In this document: in pieces, positions 11,455 through 21,033 of the stretch
Numbering within the stretch: position 1 is the stretch's first letter
How the letters are laid out: each line of letters starts with the position of its first letter
Source: Gammaproteobacteria bacterium
GTDB taxonomy: Bacteria; Pseudomonadota; Gammaproteobacteria; Eutrophobiales; Eutrophobiaceae
Assembly: GCA_965238225.1 (NCBI GenBank)
Contig: OZ250183.1
Span: forward strand, 864,001-928,000
Reading direction: 5' to 3'
DNA: 64,000 bases
The notes under the pieces: model-generated
The model's input: only the letters and a program-made list of their open reading frames with translations
What the model was told of the DNA's origin: nothing
The model's database searches: none
Translations under genes and position numbers: made by a program

Positions 11455-11943
11455 ATGCAAGCTGTTGATATTGCTATTCTCGTTATTATTTCTTTGCCAG
11501 CTATTGTCGGCGCGATAATCGGGCTTTTTAGTATTGTACTCTCATTGCTGGCATGGGTATCGGCGTTGGGTATTGCAATTATATTCTATCCCGACGCTGC
11601 ACCATTACTTGAATCATTAATAAATGAATCTATTTTAAGAAAAACGTTGGCTTTTATTGGTCTTTTTGCGAGCAGCCTGACGCTACTTACTGGCATCGGT
11701 TTTCTTATGGGAAAATTATTAGGTAGCACAGGTTTAACGGCAGTAAGCAGGATGTTTGGTTTGATTTTTGGTATTATTATGGGATGCATTATTGTGGAAA
11801 CCATTATTTTCTTCGGGGGTTTTACAGAGTTACCACAAAAGCCTTTATGGAGTGATTCCAAAATTATTCAACCTTTTGAGAAGGTAGCTGATCAGTTAGG
11901 GCAATATTTACCAGAAGATATTTCTCACTATCATAAATACTAA
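11455..11943 (+). CDS. cvpA: CvpA family membrane protein
   Basis: Multi-TM, GLTAVSRMFGLIFG motif, directly upstream of purF. Confidence 0.88.
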   Translation: MQAVDIAILVIISLPAIVGAIIGLFSIVLSLLAWVSALGIAIIFYPDAAPLLESLINESILRKTLAFIGLFASSLTLLTGIGFLMGKLLGSTGLTAVSRMFGLIFGIIMGCIIVETIIFFGGFTELPQKPLWSDSKIIQPFEKVADQLGQYLPEDISHYHKY

Positions 11944-12030
11944 GTAACAGTGAATGACATTACCGAAGGTACATCTAAAATCAGCTCAATAGACTAGATC
12001 ATTAGCTCTTACTGGGTAGGGACAGAACAT

Positions 12031-13545
12031 ATGTGTGGTATTGTGGGGATCGTTGGCAAGCAGTTTGTAAACCAACTCATTTTTGACGGATTAACAATAT
12101 TACAACATCGCGGTCAAGATGCTGCAGGGATAATGACATATCATGATCGCAGACTTTATTTACGCAAGAGCAATGGTTTGGTACGCGATGTATTTCATAC
12201 ACGACACATGCTTAATCTCAAGGGTAATATTGGTATAGGGCATGTTCGTTACCCAACGACTGGATGTTCCTCTTCTGCAGAGGCGCAACCGTTCTATGTG
12301 AATTCTCCATATGGTATATCGTTGGCACATAATGGGAATCTGACCAATGGCGAGGAGTTGAAGCGGGAGATATTTAGAGATGATCGCAGACATATTAATA
12401 CGGATTCTGATTCTGAAGTATTGCTTAATACTCTCGCGCATGAGTTACAGCGCCTCGAAAAGCTTCGTTTAGAGGTCGAAGATGTTTTTGATGCAGTTGA
12501 AAAACTGCACAAGCGCTGCCGGGGAGGCTACGCTGCTGTCGCAATGATAAGTGGTTTTGGCGTTCTTGGTTTTCGGGATCCCTATGGCATCAGACCAGTT
12601 ATTTTAGGCGCGCGTGAAACTGATGCTGGAAAGGAATATATGATTTCTTCTGAAAGTGTTGCCATCACTTCATTGGGATTTACGGTTCTTCGTGATATTA
12701 AACCTGGCGAAGCTATTTTTATTACAAAAGATGGCAAATTACATACGCGTCAATGTGCAAAGCACACACAATACTCTCCCTGTATCTTTGAATATGTTTA
12801 TTTAGCAAGACCTGATTCTGTCATCGACGGTATTTCAGTTTATAATTCACGCTTGCTTATGGGTGAAACATTGGCAGAGAAAATCCTAAAGCAAAGGCCA
12901 AATCATGATATTGATGTTGTCATACCAATCCCGGACACAGGAAGGACAGCAGCATTACCTCTGGCACAAAAGCTTAATGTGAAATACAGCGAAGGATTTG
13001 TTAAAAACCGCTATATACCGCGCACCTTCATTATGCCTATGCAGGAAATTCGTAAAAAATCTGTCAGGCAGAAATTAAATGCAATTAAATCAGAATTTGA
13101 AGGAAAAAATGTTCTATTGGTTGATGACTCAATAGTTAGAGGAACAACTTCCAGCCAGATTATAGAAATGGCAAGAAATGCAGGCGCTAATAAAGTTTAT
13201 TTCGCTTCAGCCGCACCTCCGGTTCGATATCCAAATGTATATGGAATCAATATACCGACGATGAATGAGCTAATTGCGCACAATAAAACTGAAAAAGAGA
13301 TAGCCAGTTTGATTGGTGCAGATTGGTTGGTATATCAGGATCTGGATAAATTAATTGAAACGACGCGTACAGGTAATTCTTCTATCACGCGCTTTGATTC
13401 ATCATGTTTCAATGGTGAATACGTTACTAATGATGTGAGCCAGGAGTATCTAAAGCATATTGATGACATGCGTGAAGATGGTACAAACTCAAAAATAAAA
13501 GGTGCTGATGAAGTGAATTTAATCGATATTTCAAATGATCCTTAA
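12031..13545 (+). CDS. purF: Amidophosphoribosyltransferase
   Basis: MCGIVG N-terminus, QHRGQD, VDDSIVRGTT. Confidence 0.99.
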   Translation: MCGIVGIVGKQFVNQLIFDGLTILQHRGQDAAGIMTYHDRRLYLRKSNGLVRDVFHTRHMLNLKGNIGIGHVRYPTTGCSSSAEAQPFYVNSPYGISLAHNGNLTNGEELKREIFRDDRRHINTDSDSEVLLNTLAHELQRLEKLRLEVEDVFDAVEKLHKRCRGGYAAVAMISGFGVLGFRDPYGIRPVILGARETDAGKEYMISSESVAITSLGFTVLRDIKPGEAIFITKDGKLHTRQCAKHTQYSPCIFEYVYLARPDSVIDGISVYNSRLLMGETLAEKILKQRPNHDIDVVIPIPDTGRTAALPLAQKLNVKYSEGFVKNRYIPRTFIMPMQEIRKKSVRQKLNAIKSEFEGKNVLLVDDSIVRGTTSSQIIEMARNAGANKVYFASAAPPVRYPNVYGINIPTMNELIAHNKTEKEIASLIGADWLVYQDLDKLIETTRTGNSSITRFDSSCFNGEYVTNDVSQEYLKHIDDMREDGTNSKIKGADEVNLIDISNDP

Positions 13546-13607
13546 TCATTTTTACACCTTAAGATATATATCGATTCAGCAGCAAGGTCTGCTATCAGCG
13601 CATTTTA

Positions 13608-13636
13608 TTGACATGTTCACAGAGTTTTTCTAGACT
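13608..13636 (+). promoter_or_regulatory. Sigma70 promoter for the metZ leader
   Basis: TTGACA-17 bp-TAGACT just upstream of the riboswitch. Confidence 0.7.
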
Positions 13637-13646
13637 CACCGATATA

Positions 13647-13700
13647 GTGCCGATTTGACTTACAAGGCTTGCGGACGCTTAAAAAATACCGTTAAAGAAG
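13647..13700 (+). ncRNA. SAM-II-like riboswitch aptamer
   Basis: GTGCCGATTTGAC...GCTTGCGGACGC...AAATACCGTTAAAG follows the SAM-II pattern (GAUUU / UUGC / AAAU / GCUAAA) upstream of a methionine gene. Confidence 0.75.
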
Positions 13701-13803
13701 TTAAACTTGCTTTAGCATCAGCTGACTGCAGGTTTTTTTACGCCTGCAAGAAAATTGTTTAAATTTTTTCGGGACATGTTGTGCTGATTATTTGGAGTTA
13801 AAG

Positions 13804-14982
13804 ATGGCTAAAATTGATCCAAAACAATATGGTTCAAATACGAATGCAGTGAGAGCAGGACAGGTACGCAGCGCTGAAAATGAGCATAGCGAAGCGATTG
13901 TGACTACTTCAAGTTTTGTTTTCAAGGATGCTGCAGAGGCAGCAGCGCGTTTTTCCGGAGATGCATCGGGAAATATCTATTCACGATTTACCAATCCAAC
14001 AGTACGCATGTTTGAGGAACGCTTGGCCGCTATGGAAGGGGCTCAGCGTTGTGTTGCAACTTCATCAGGAATGAGTGCAATCCTGAGCACCTGCATGGCA
14101 TTTTTGAAAGCTGGGGATCATATCGTTGCATCACGTAGTATTTTTGGTACGACAGTCAGTTTGTTTAATAACATATTGTCGAAATTTGGAATTTCTACAA
14201 CATTTGTTGAATTAACAGATTATAAGGCGTGGGAGACTGCAATAGGCTCTAAGACAAAAATGCTATTTCTGGAAACACCTTCAAACCCCTTGACTGAGAT
14301 TGCTGATATTTCACATTTAGCCGAAATTGCCCATGGCAATCAATGTTTGTTGGCTGTAGATAACTGTTTTTGTACACCAGTGTTACAGCAACCATTTTGT
14401 TTGGGTGCTGATATTGTCATACATTCAGCAACAAAATATCTTGACGGACAAGGTCGATGCATAGGCGGTGCTGTACTTGGCAATAATGCACTGATGGAGG
14501 AGGATGTTATTGGTTTTCTAAGAACAGCTGGTCCAACGCTCAGTCCATTTAATGCTTGGGTGTTTCTTAAAGGCTTGGAAACCCTACATCTAAGGATGCA
14601 AGCACATTGCGAGAATGCACTTTCCATAGCCAAGTGGCTAGAGCAGCAGGAAAAGGTTCAGCGAGTTTACTACCCAGGTCTGTCATCACATCCGCAACAT
14701 GAGTTGGCAAAAAGCCAACAATCTGGTTTTGGGGGTGTGCTGAGTTTTGAGGTAGAAGGCGGGCAAAAAGCGGCATGGAATGTTATCGATTCGACTGCAC
14801 TATTTTCCATTACGGCCAATCTGGGGGATGCCAAGAGCACTATTACGCATCCTGCGACTACCACGCATCATAGACTCACTGATGAGCAACGCGCCCAAGC
14901 AGGTATTCATGATGGCCTGATTAGATTATCAGTCGGATTTGAAAATGTCGGCGATCTGACCCAAGATATTGTAATAGCTTAG
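13804..14982 (+). CDS. metZ: O-succinylhomoserine sulfhydrylase
   Basis: YSRFTNPT, HSATKYLDGQGR, ANLGDAKSTITHPATTTH; purF-metZ synteny. Confidence 0.95.
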   Translation: MAKIDPKQYGSNTNAVRAGQVRSAENEHSEAIVTTSSFVFKDAAEAAARFSGDASGNIYSRFTNPTVRMFEERLAAMEGAQRCVATSSGMSAILSTCMAFLKAGDHIVASRSIFGTTVSLFNNILSKFGISTTFVELTDYKAWETAIGSKTKMLFLETPSNPLTEIADISHLAEIAHGNQCLLAVDNCFCTPVLQQPFCLGADIVIHSATKYLDGQGRCIGGAVLGNNALMEEDVIGFLRTAGPTLSPFNAWVFLKGLETLHLRMQAHCENALSIAKWLEQQEKVQRVYYPGLSSHPQHELAKSQQSGFGGVLSFEVEGGQKAAWNVIDSTALFSITANLGDAKSTITHPATTTHHRLTDEQRAQAGIHDGLIRLSVGFENVGDLTQDIVIA

Positions 14983-15390
14983 CACTTGACAGAAAAATAT
15001 TAGACTAATCCACATATTTTATGTGGGCATATAGACTGTCTTATCAAGCCACCTTACAGACTTAGGCAGAAGGTGTGACAAGTGGATTTATTGAACCGTT
15101 TATGGTACATCTGCTGCACAGATACTGGGAGTTGTGTGTAGTAAATTTAAGCAGGGTGCCTTAATTAATTGCGGAGTATCTATAGCGGGTATCCAGCGAA
15201 AGGAAGGCGACGCAACAGGCGCAAAACTGTATAACGTATGATTAATTGCGCAAAATATAACAATAAATTTACAAGATGTCAGCATCCTCCATGGCAGGAG
15301 GGAGCAGCACTATTAAAAATAAAAATTTAGCGATATAAGTCGCAAATCGTAGTCCCTTAACTTTAAACTATACAATTGAAGGAGTGCTTT

Positions 15391-16566
15391 ATGTCTGGTC
15401 GTAATTTTTTATTTATCCCTGGACCAACCAATGTACCGCGCCGTATTCAAAACGCCATAAATGTGGAGCAAGAAGATATGCGCGCTCTGGATCTGCCAGA
15501 GTTTACTAAACCTTTATACACTGACATGAAGAAGATATTCAAGACTGAAAATGGTCGGGTTTTCATCTTCCCCTCATCAGGAACTGGTGCATGGGAATCT
15601 GCTATCACCAACACTTTAAAGCCAGGCGATAAGGTGCTGGCTGCTCGTTTTGGTCAATTCAGCCATTTATTCATCGACTGTGCTCAGCGTCTAGGTATGG
15701 ATGTCGTTGAAGTTGATTGTGAATGGAGTGTTGGAACACCTGCTGATAAATTTTCTGAAATCCTTGCTAAAGACAAGAACCATGAGATCAAAGCGGTTTT
15801 TGCAACGCATAATGAAACAGCGACAGGTGTGATGTCTGATATTAAGGCCGTCCGTGCCGCCATTGACTCCTGCAATCACCCAGCTTTATATTTTGTTGAT
15901 ACTGTCAGTGGTTTAGCTTCTTTAGATTTTCGTATGGATGAATGGAAAGTTGATTTAGCTATTGCGGGCTCCCAAAAAGGTCTGATGTTACCTGCTGGTT
16001 TAGGAATTTTATGTGCGAGTGAGAAAGCACTGGAAGCTAATAAATCAGCCAGTTGCCCACGTTGCTTTTTCGCGTGGGAAGATCAAATAACAACCAATGA
16101 TCTTGGGTATTTTCCATACACGCCATCAATGAACCTGCTGCGGGGGCTACGTGAGTCCATGAATATGCTGTTCGCTGAAGGTTTGGATAATGTTTTTGCT
16201 CGCCATACCCGTTTTGCCACAGCAACACGCAAGGCTGTTGAAGCTTGGGGTTTAAGGACAATCGCACAAGATGGTTGGCAGTCTGACACAGTGACAGCAG
16301 TCAAAACGCCTGAAGGGTTTGATGGCAACGAAGTGGCTCGTAATGCTTATCGTAAATTCAATCTGGCTCTGTCAATTACGATTGGTAAGATTATGGGGCA
16401 TGGATTTCGCATTAGCCACATGGGCGATATGAACGAATTAATGTTAATAGTTCCATTAAGTGGCGCAGAAATGTCTATGCGAGACCTTGGTCTGGATATT
16501 GAGTTAGGCAGCGGTGTTGCCGCTGCTCAAAACTATCTTTTGTCTACAGCTAAAGATCGAATCTAA
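15391..16566 (+). CDS. sgaA: Serine--glyoxylate aminotransferase (class V PLP)
   Basis: GRNFLFIPGPTNVP, HNETATGV, GSQKGLMLPAG; AAGGAG RBS; clustered with mcl/mtk. Confidence 0.88.
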   Translation: MSGRNFLFIPGPTNVPRRIQNAINVEQEDMRALDLPEFTKPLYTDMKKIFKTENGRVFIFPSSGTGAWESAITNTLKPGDKVLAARFGQFSHLFIDCAQRLGMDVVEVDCEWSVGTPADKFSEILAKDKNHEIKAVFATHNETATGVMSDIKAVRAAIDSCNHPALYFVDTVSGLASLDFRMDEWKVDLAIAGSQKGLMLPAGLGILCASEKALEANKSASCPRCFFAWEDQITTNDLGYFPYTPSMNLLRGLRESMNMLFAEGLDNVFARHTRFATATRKAVEAWGLRTIAQDGWQSDTVTAVKTPEGFDGNEVARNAYRKFNLALSITIGKIMGHGFRISHMGDMNELMLIVPLSGAEMSMRDLGLDIELGSGVAAAQNYLLSTAKDRI

Positions 16567-16640
16567 TCCGATTCGATTTATATTAACTTCCCATGCGCCT
16601 AAATGGATAGCCGAATAATTAAAAATTAGGAGGTTGAAAT

Positions 16641-17591
16641 ATGAGTTTTACACAATTTGAACAAGCACATCCGCGTCTACAAAGAAGCACGCTTGCAGTG
16701 CCCGGTTCTAGTCCTGATATGTTTGAAACAGCAAACGCAAGCGATGCCGATTGCGTTTTCCTTGATTGTGAAGATTCTGTATTGCCTGACGATAAAGAAA
16801 AAGCCCGTAAGAATATTATTGCAGGATTGCGTGATATTAATTGGGGCAATAAAACAATATTAGTTCGTATTAACGGCTTGGATACTCATTACATGTATCG
16901 TGATGTAATCGATATTTGCGAACAAGCAGGCACGTGCTTTGATGGAATTTTGATCCCAAAAGTGGGTGCAGCGGCAGATGTTTATGCCGTTGATATGCTG
17001 GTAACACAAATTGAAGATGCGATGGGCATTAAAGAAAAATTAAGCATTGAATGCCTGATTGAAACAGCATTGGGCGGTGTAAATGTTATGGGTATCGCAC
17101 AAGCCAGCTCGCGTCTTGAAGCGCTCCACTTTGGTGTCGCCGATTATTCAGCCAGCATGCGCTCACGTACCACCGTTATCGGTGGTTTGAATCCCAGCTA
17201 TGTTTGTGACGGCAATCCAGCTGACCAGTGGCATGCTGCACAGGTGAATATGTTAACTGCATGTCGTGCTTACGGTTTGCGTGCCATTGACGGACCATTT
17301 GGTGATTTCGGTGACCCAGAAGCATTCAAGGAGGCTGCAAAACGTGTTGCTGTATTGGGCTATGAAGGTAAATGGGCGATTCATCCCTCACAAATCGAAC
17401 TGGCCAATGAAGCAATGTCACCCCCTGAAGCTGAAGTAGCGCGTGCAAGACGTATTCTTAACGCGTTGGAAGAAGCAGCAAAAATTGGTAAGGGTGCTGC
17501 TCAGGTGGATGGTAAGATGATCGATATCGCATCTGAAAAGATGGCGCGCAATCTGATTGCGCAAGCAGATCAACTCTTAGAAAAAGAATAA
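16641..17591 (+). CDS. mcl: L-malyl-CoA/beta-methylmalyl-CoA lyase
   Basis: RLQRSTLAVPGS, NGLDTHYMYRDV, IDGPFGDF, GKWAIHPSQ. Confidence 0.92.
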   Translation: MSFTQFEQAHPRLQRSTLAVPGSSPDMFETANASDADCVFLDCEDSVLPDDKEKARKNIIAGLRDINWGNKTILVRINGLDTHYMYRDVIDICEQAGTCFDGILIPKVGAAADVYAVDMLVTQIEDAMGIKEKLSIECLIETALGGVNVMGIAQASSRLEALHFGVADYSASMRSRTTVIGGLNPSYVCDGNPADQWHAAQVNMLTACRAYGLRAIDGPFGDFGDPEAFKEAAKRVAVLGYEGKWAIHPSQIELANEAMSPPEAEVARARRILNALEEAAKIGKGAAQVDGKMIDIASEKMARNLIAQADQLLEKE

Positions 17592-17676
17592 AAAAGCGAC
17601 GAGTCTAAGTGTGAAGGGCGGTTAAGTCTGCAATATCATTTTGTAAGTGTAATTTCATTAGGAACATATGATTAAA

Positions 17677-18858
17677 ATGGACATCCATGAATATCAAGCA
17701 AAAGAGATTTTATCAGGGTATGGCGTACCTATAGGTGCTGGTGGTTTGGCGTACAGTCCTGAACAGGCATCCTATAAATGTTCTGAAATTGGAGGCAAGG
17801 CATGGGTTGTCAAGGCACAAATTCATTCAGGAGCGCGTGGCAAGGCGGGCGGGATTGTAGTTTGCAAGACAGAAGATGAAGTATGGGTTGCTGCAAATGA
17901 ATTGCTGGGTAAAAAATTTATTACGCACCAGACTGGCTCACAAGGCAAGGTTTGCTCCCGCCTTTATATTGAAGAGGGCTGTAATATTGATCGTGAAATT
18001 TATTTGGCGTTTGTGCTTGATAGAGCCGCAGAGCGTGTCACTGTTGTGGCTTCAGCAGAAGGCGGCATGGAGATAGAACAATTGACTGCTGAAAAACCGG
18101 AATCTATCGTTAAGATTTCTGTTGAGCCTGCTGTCGGTATGCAGGCATTTCAGGCACGCGAACTCGCCTTTGCCATGGGTTTTGGCAAGTCTCAACTCAA
18201 TCAAGCTGTTACGACATTTCTTGGTTGTTACTGTGCAATGCGCGATCTAGATGCCAATATGGTTGAAATCAATCCACTGGTTGTTACCAAAGAAGACAAG
18301 ATTGTAGCCGTTGATGCGAAGATAAGCTTTGATGACAATGCACTTTTTCGTCATCCGACTATTTCAGAGCTTCGCGATAAATCACAGGAAGATGTACGTG
18401 AAATGCGCGCTTCAGATCGTGGCTTGAATTATGTAGGGTTAGATGGAAATATCGGTTGCATTATAAACGGTGCCGGCCTCGCTATGGCCTCCATGGATAT
18501 GATCATGCATGCAGGCGGTAAGCCAGCTAATTTCATGGATATAGGCGGTGGCGCTTCGGCTGAACGCGTAGCCAAGGCATTTAATTTGGTTCTTTCTGAC
18601 GATAATGTCGAGTGTATTCTGGTGAATATTTTTGCAGGTATAAACCGCTGTGACTGGATAGCTAATGGTGTTGTTCAGGCGGTTAAAGAGATTGACCTGA
18701 AAATTCCTCTGGTGGTTCGATTATCAGGCACCAATGTAAAGGCAGGACAAAAGATTATTAAAGAGAGTAATTTACCCATTATTTCTGCAAATACCTTACA
18801 GGAGGCGGCAGATAAAGCTGTCGCTGCTTGGAAAGAAGCGACCGGTAAATTAGGATAA
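17677..18858 (+). CDS. mtkA: Malate--CoA ligase (malate thiokinase) beta subunit
   Basis: MDIHEYQAKE SucC-like fold; NIFAGINRCDW variant typical of Mtk; adjacent to mcl. Confidence 0.88.
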   Translation: MDIHEYQAKEILSGYGVPIGAGGLAYSPEQASYKCSEIGGKAWVVKAQIHSGARGKAGGIVVCKTEDEVWVAANELLGKKFITHQTGSQGKVCSRLYIEEGCNIDREIYLAFVLDRAAERVTVVASAEGGMEIEQLTAEKPESIVKISVEPAVGMQAFQARELAFAMGFGKSQLNQAVTTFLGCYCAMRDLDANMVEINPLVVTKEDKIVAVDAKISFDDNALFRHPTISELRDKSQEDVREMRASDRGLNYVGLDGNIGCIINGAGLAMASMDMIMHAGGKPANFMDIGGGASAERVAKAFNLVLSDDNVECILVNIFAGINRCDWIANGVVQAVKEIDLKIPLVVRLSGTNVKAGQKIIKESNLPIISANTLQEAADKAVAAWKEATGKLG

Positions 18859-18865
18859 GTTTGAA

Positions 18866-19756
18866 ATGGCAATCTTATTAGACGAAAATTCAAAGGTCAT
18901 TATTCAGGGATTTACCGGTCAAATTGGTACTTTTCATGCAACTGAAATGATCGAATACGGCACCAATATTGTTGGCGGTGTCACTCCAGGCAAAGGTGGA
19001 ACTGAACATCTTGGTCGCCCTGTTTTTAATACTGTGAAAGAAGCAGCAGGAGCAACTGGCGCAAATGCCAGCATTATTTTTGTACCACCACCATTTGCTG
19101 CAGACAGCATCATGGAAGCAGCGGATGGTGGAATTAGATTCTGTGTAGCAATCACCGATGGTATCCCTGCTCAAGATATGATTCGTGTAAAACGGTATAT
19201 GCGTCGCTATAAAATAGATGGCAAGATGGTATTGACTGGCCCTAACTGTGCTGGCTCAATCAGCCCTGGAAAATGCATGATGGGTATTATGCCTGGCCAT
19301 ATCTATATTCCCGGCCCTGTTGGAGTTGTGGGTCGTTCAGGCACGCTGGGTTATGAAGCTGCTGACCAAATGAAGGCAGTTGGTATCGGCATCTCAAGCA
19401 GCATAGGCATTGGCGGTGACCCGATTAATGGCAGCGCCTTTGTTGACCATTTACAGTATTTTGAAGAAGATACAGAGACTAAGGCGGTCATCATGATTGG
19501 CGAAATTGGCGGGCCACAGGAAGTCGCTGCAGCTATGTGGGCAAAAGATAATATGTCTAAGCCTGTGATTGGTTATATCGCAGGATTAACTGCGCCCAAG
19601 GGTACGCGTATGGGTCATGCAGGCGCCATTATCTCTGCAGTAGGTGATAGTGCGGCTGAGAAAGTTGAAATTCTGCAAGAGTGTGGCGTACGTGTCGTAC
19701 CAAATCCAGCCTCGTTTGCCTCTGTTGTAAAAGAGGTGATGGGCAAAGTAGGTTAG
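18866..19756 (+). CDS. mtkB: Malate--CoA ligase alpha subunit
   Basis: SucD-like GGVTPGKGG, RMGHAGAI; DMIRVKRYMRRY segment. Confidence 0.88.
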   Translation: MAILLDENSKVIIQGFTGQIGTFHATEMIEYGTNIVGGVTPGKGGTEHLGRPVFNTVKEAAGATGANASIIFVPPPFAADSIMEAADGGIRFCVAITDGIPAQDMIRVKRYMRRYKIDGKMVLTGPNCAGSISPGKCMMGIMPGHIYIPGPVGVVGRSGTLGYEAADQMKAVGIGISSSIGIGGDPINGSAFVDHLQYFEEDTETKAVIMIGEIGGPQEVAAAMWAKDNMSKPVIGYIAGLTAPKGTRMGHAGAIISAVGDSAAEKVEILQECGVRVVPNPASFASVVKEVMGKVG

Positions 19757-19779
19757 ATTTTAGCAGTCAATATAAATTA

Positions 19780-19811
19780 AAGGGTGCTTCATTTGTGATG
19801 CGGCACCCTTT
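19780..19811 (+). terminator. Hairpin after mtkB
   Basis: AGGGTGC...GCACCCTTT inverted repeat. Confidence 0.55.
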
Positions 19812-19853
19812 ATATTTTACGCAATTGAATAAATAAAATCAGGAGTTATCAAA

Positions 19854-20828
19854 GTGAGCACGCCAAAAATACTTCTAACTCGTCGATGGCCAGAAGAAAC
19901 AGAAGCGAAAGCAAAAGAATTATTTGATGTAACCTTGAATAAAACTGACCAGAAGATGTCTGTAAAAGAGCTTCAAGAAGCCATGAAAAATTATGACGCA
20001 GTTTGTCCGACGGTGTCTGATTTTCCAATCAACTCTGAGATCCTTGATATAGAGGGGCGCAGGTGCAAGATCTTGTGCAACTTTGGCGTTGGGTTTGATA
20101 ATATCGATACGTATACCGCTAAAGCAGCGGGTATTTTGGTAACAAATACACCTGATGTTTTGACAGATTGTACTGCCGATATCGCCATGACACTGTTATT
20201 AATGGTGGCACGTCGTGCAGCTGAGGGTGAGCGTTTGGTTCGTAATCAGGAATGGGATGGTTGGTGTCCAACGCACATGCTCTCCAGCAAGGTAACAGGC
20301 AAAAAACTTGGTCTCATAGGCTTTGGACGTATCGCCCAAGCCGTTGCTCAAAGAGCTTATTTTGGTTTTGGTATGAAGGTTAATTTCTACGATCCTTGCC
20401 TACCAGCAGAGGGTATTGTGAAAAAATTTAACGCAAGTAAATTAGAATCTATTGAAGAGGTATTGAAGAATTCTGATTTTGTCTCTTTGCATTGTCCTGG
20501 TGGTGGTGACAACATCAATCTGATGAATGCAGAACGCTTTGCAATGATGAAAAATTCAGCATTCTTGGTTAATACGGCACGTGGTGACGTGGTTGATGAG
20601 CCGGCCTTAATTAATGCATTAAGAGATAGTATTATTGCTGGCGCTGGATTGGATGTTTTTGCTAAAGAACCAAAAGTAACAGAAGCGCTTTTAAGTATAG
20701 ATAATGTAGTGATGTTCCCGCATCTTGGCAGCGCCACAACTGAAACGCGTGTTGCCATGGGACTGTGCTCATTGAAAAATGTCAAAGCATACTTTGACGG
20801 AGAAGAACCACCAAACAGAGTGGTGTAA
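19854..20828 (+). CDS. D-2-hydroxyacid dehydrogenase (hydroxypyruvate/glyoxylate reductase)
   Basis: GVGFDNID, TNTPDVLT, GFGRIA, NTARG, PHLGSAT. Confidence 0.9.
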   Translation: MSTPKILLTRRWPEETEAKAKELFDVTLNKTDQKMSVKELQEAMKNYDAVCPTVSDFPINSEILDIEGRRCKILCNFGVGFDNIDTYTAKAAGILVTNTPDVLTDCTADIAMTLLLMVARRAAEGERLVRNQEWDGWCPTHMLSSKVTGKKLGLIGFGRIAQAVAQRAYFGFGMKVNFYDPCLPAEGIVKKFNASKLESIEEVLKNSDFVSLHCPGGGDNINLMNAERFAMMKNSAFLVNTARGDVVDEPALINALRDSIIAGAGLDVFAKEPKVTEALLSIDNVVMFPHLGSATTETRVAMGLCSLKNVKAYFDGEEPPNRVV

Positions 20829-21033
20829 GTTATATATACAATAAGACACAGCTTAAGTAAAATAAAGGATGAAACGCAAATAAATTAAAGATTACGGATA
20901 TTGCTCTTCGCTTTTCATCTCTTATCGTATCGCTATCGCGCCATACAACAAATATTTTTTAATAAATATTTTTATGCCTCCAGATTTTGATGCTGCCAGA
21001 GGAGTTAAATAACAATGACTAAAGGAAATTTCT

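Noticed and set aside
15186-15230. c-di-GMP-I (GEMM) riboswitch call
   Set aside because: Only GAAA and GACGCAA fragments match and the stem does not pair properly; kept only as part of the leader finding
15100-15285. 61-aa minus-strand ORF in the sgaA leader
   Set aside because: No recognisable motif or RBS; probably spurious
17677-19756. Annotation as TCA-cycle sucCD
   Set aside because: Context beside mcl/sgaA and the FAGINRCDW motif favour malate thiokinase
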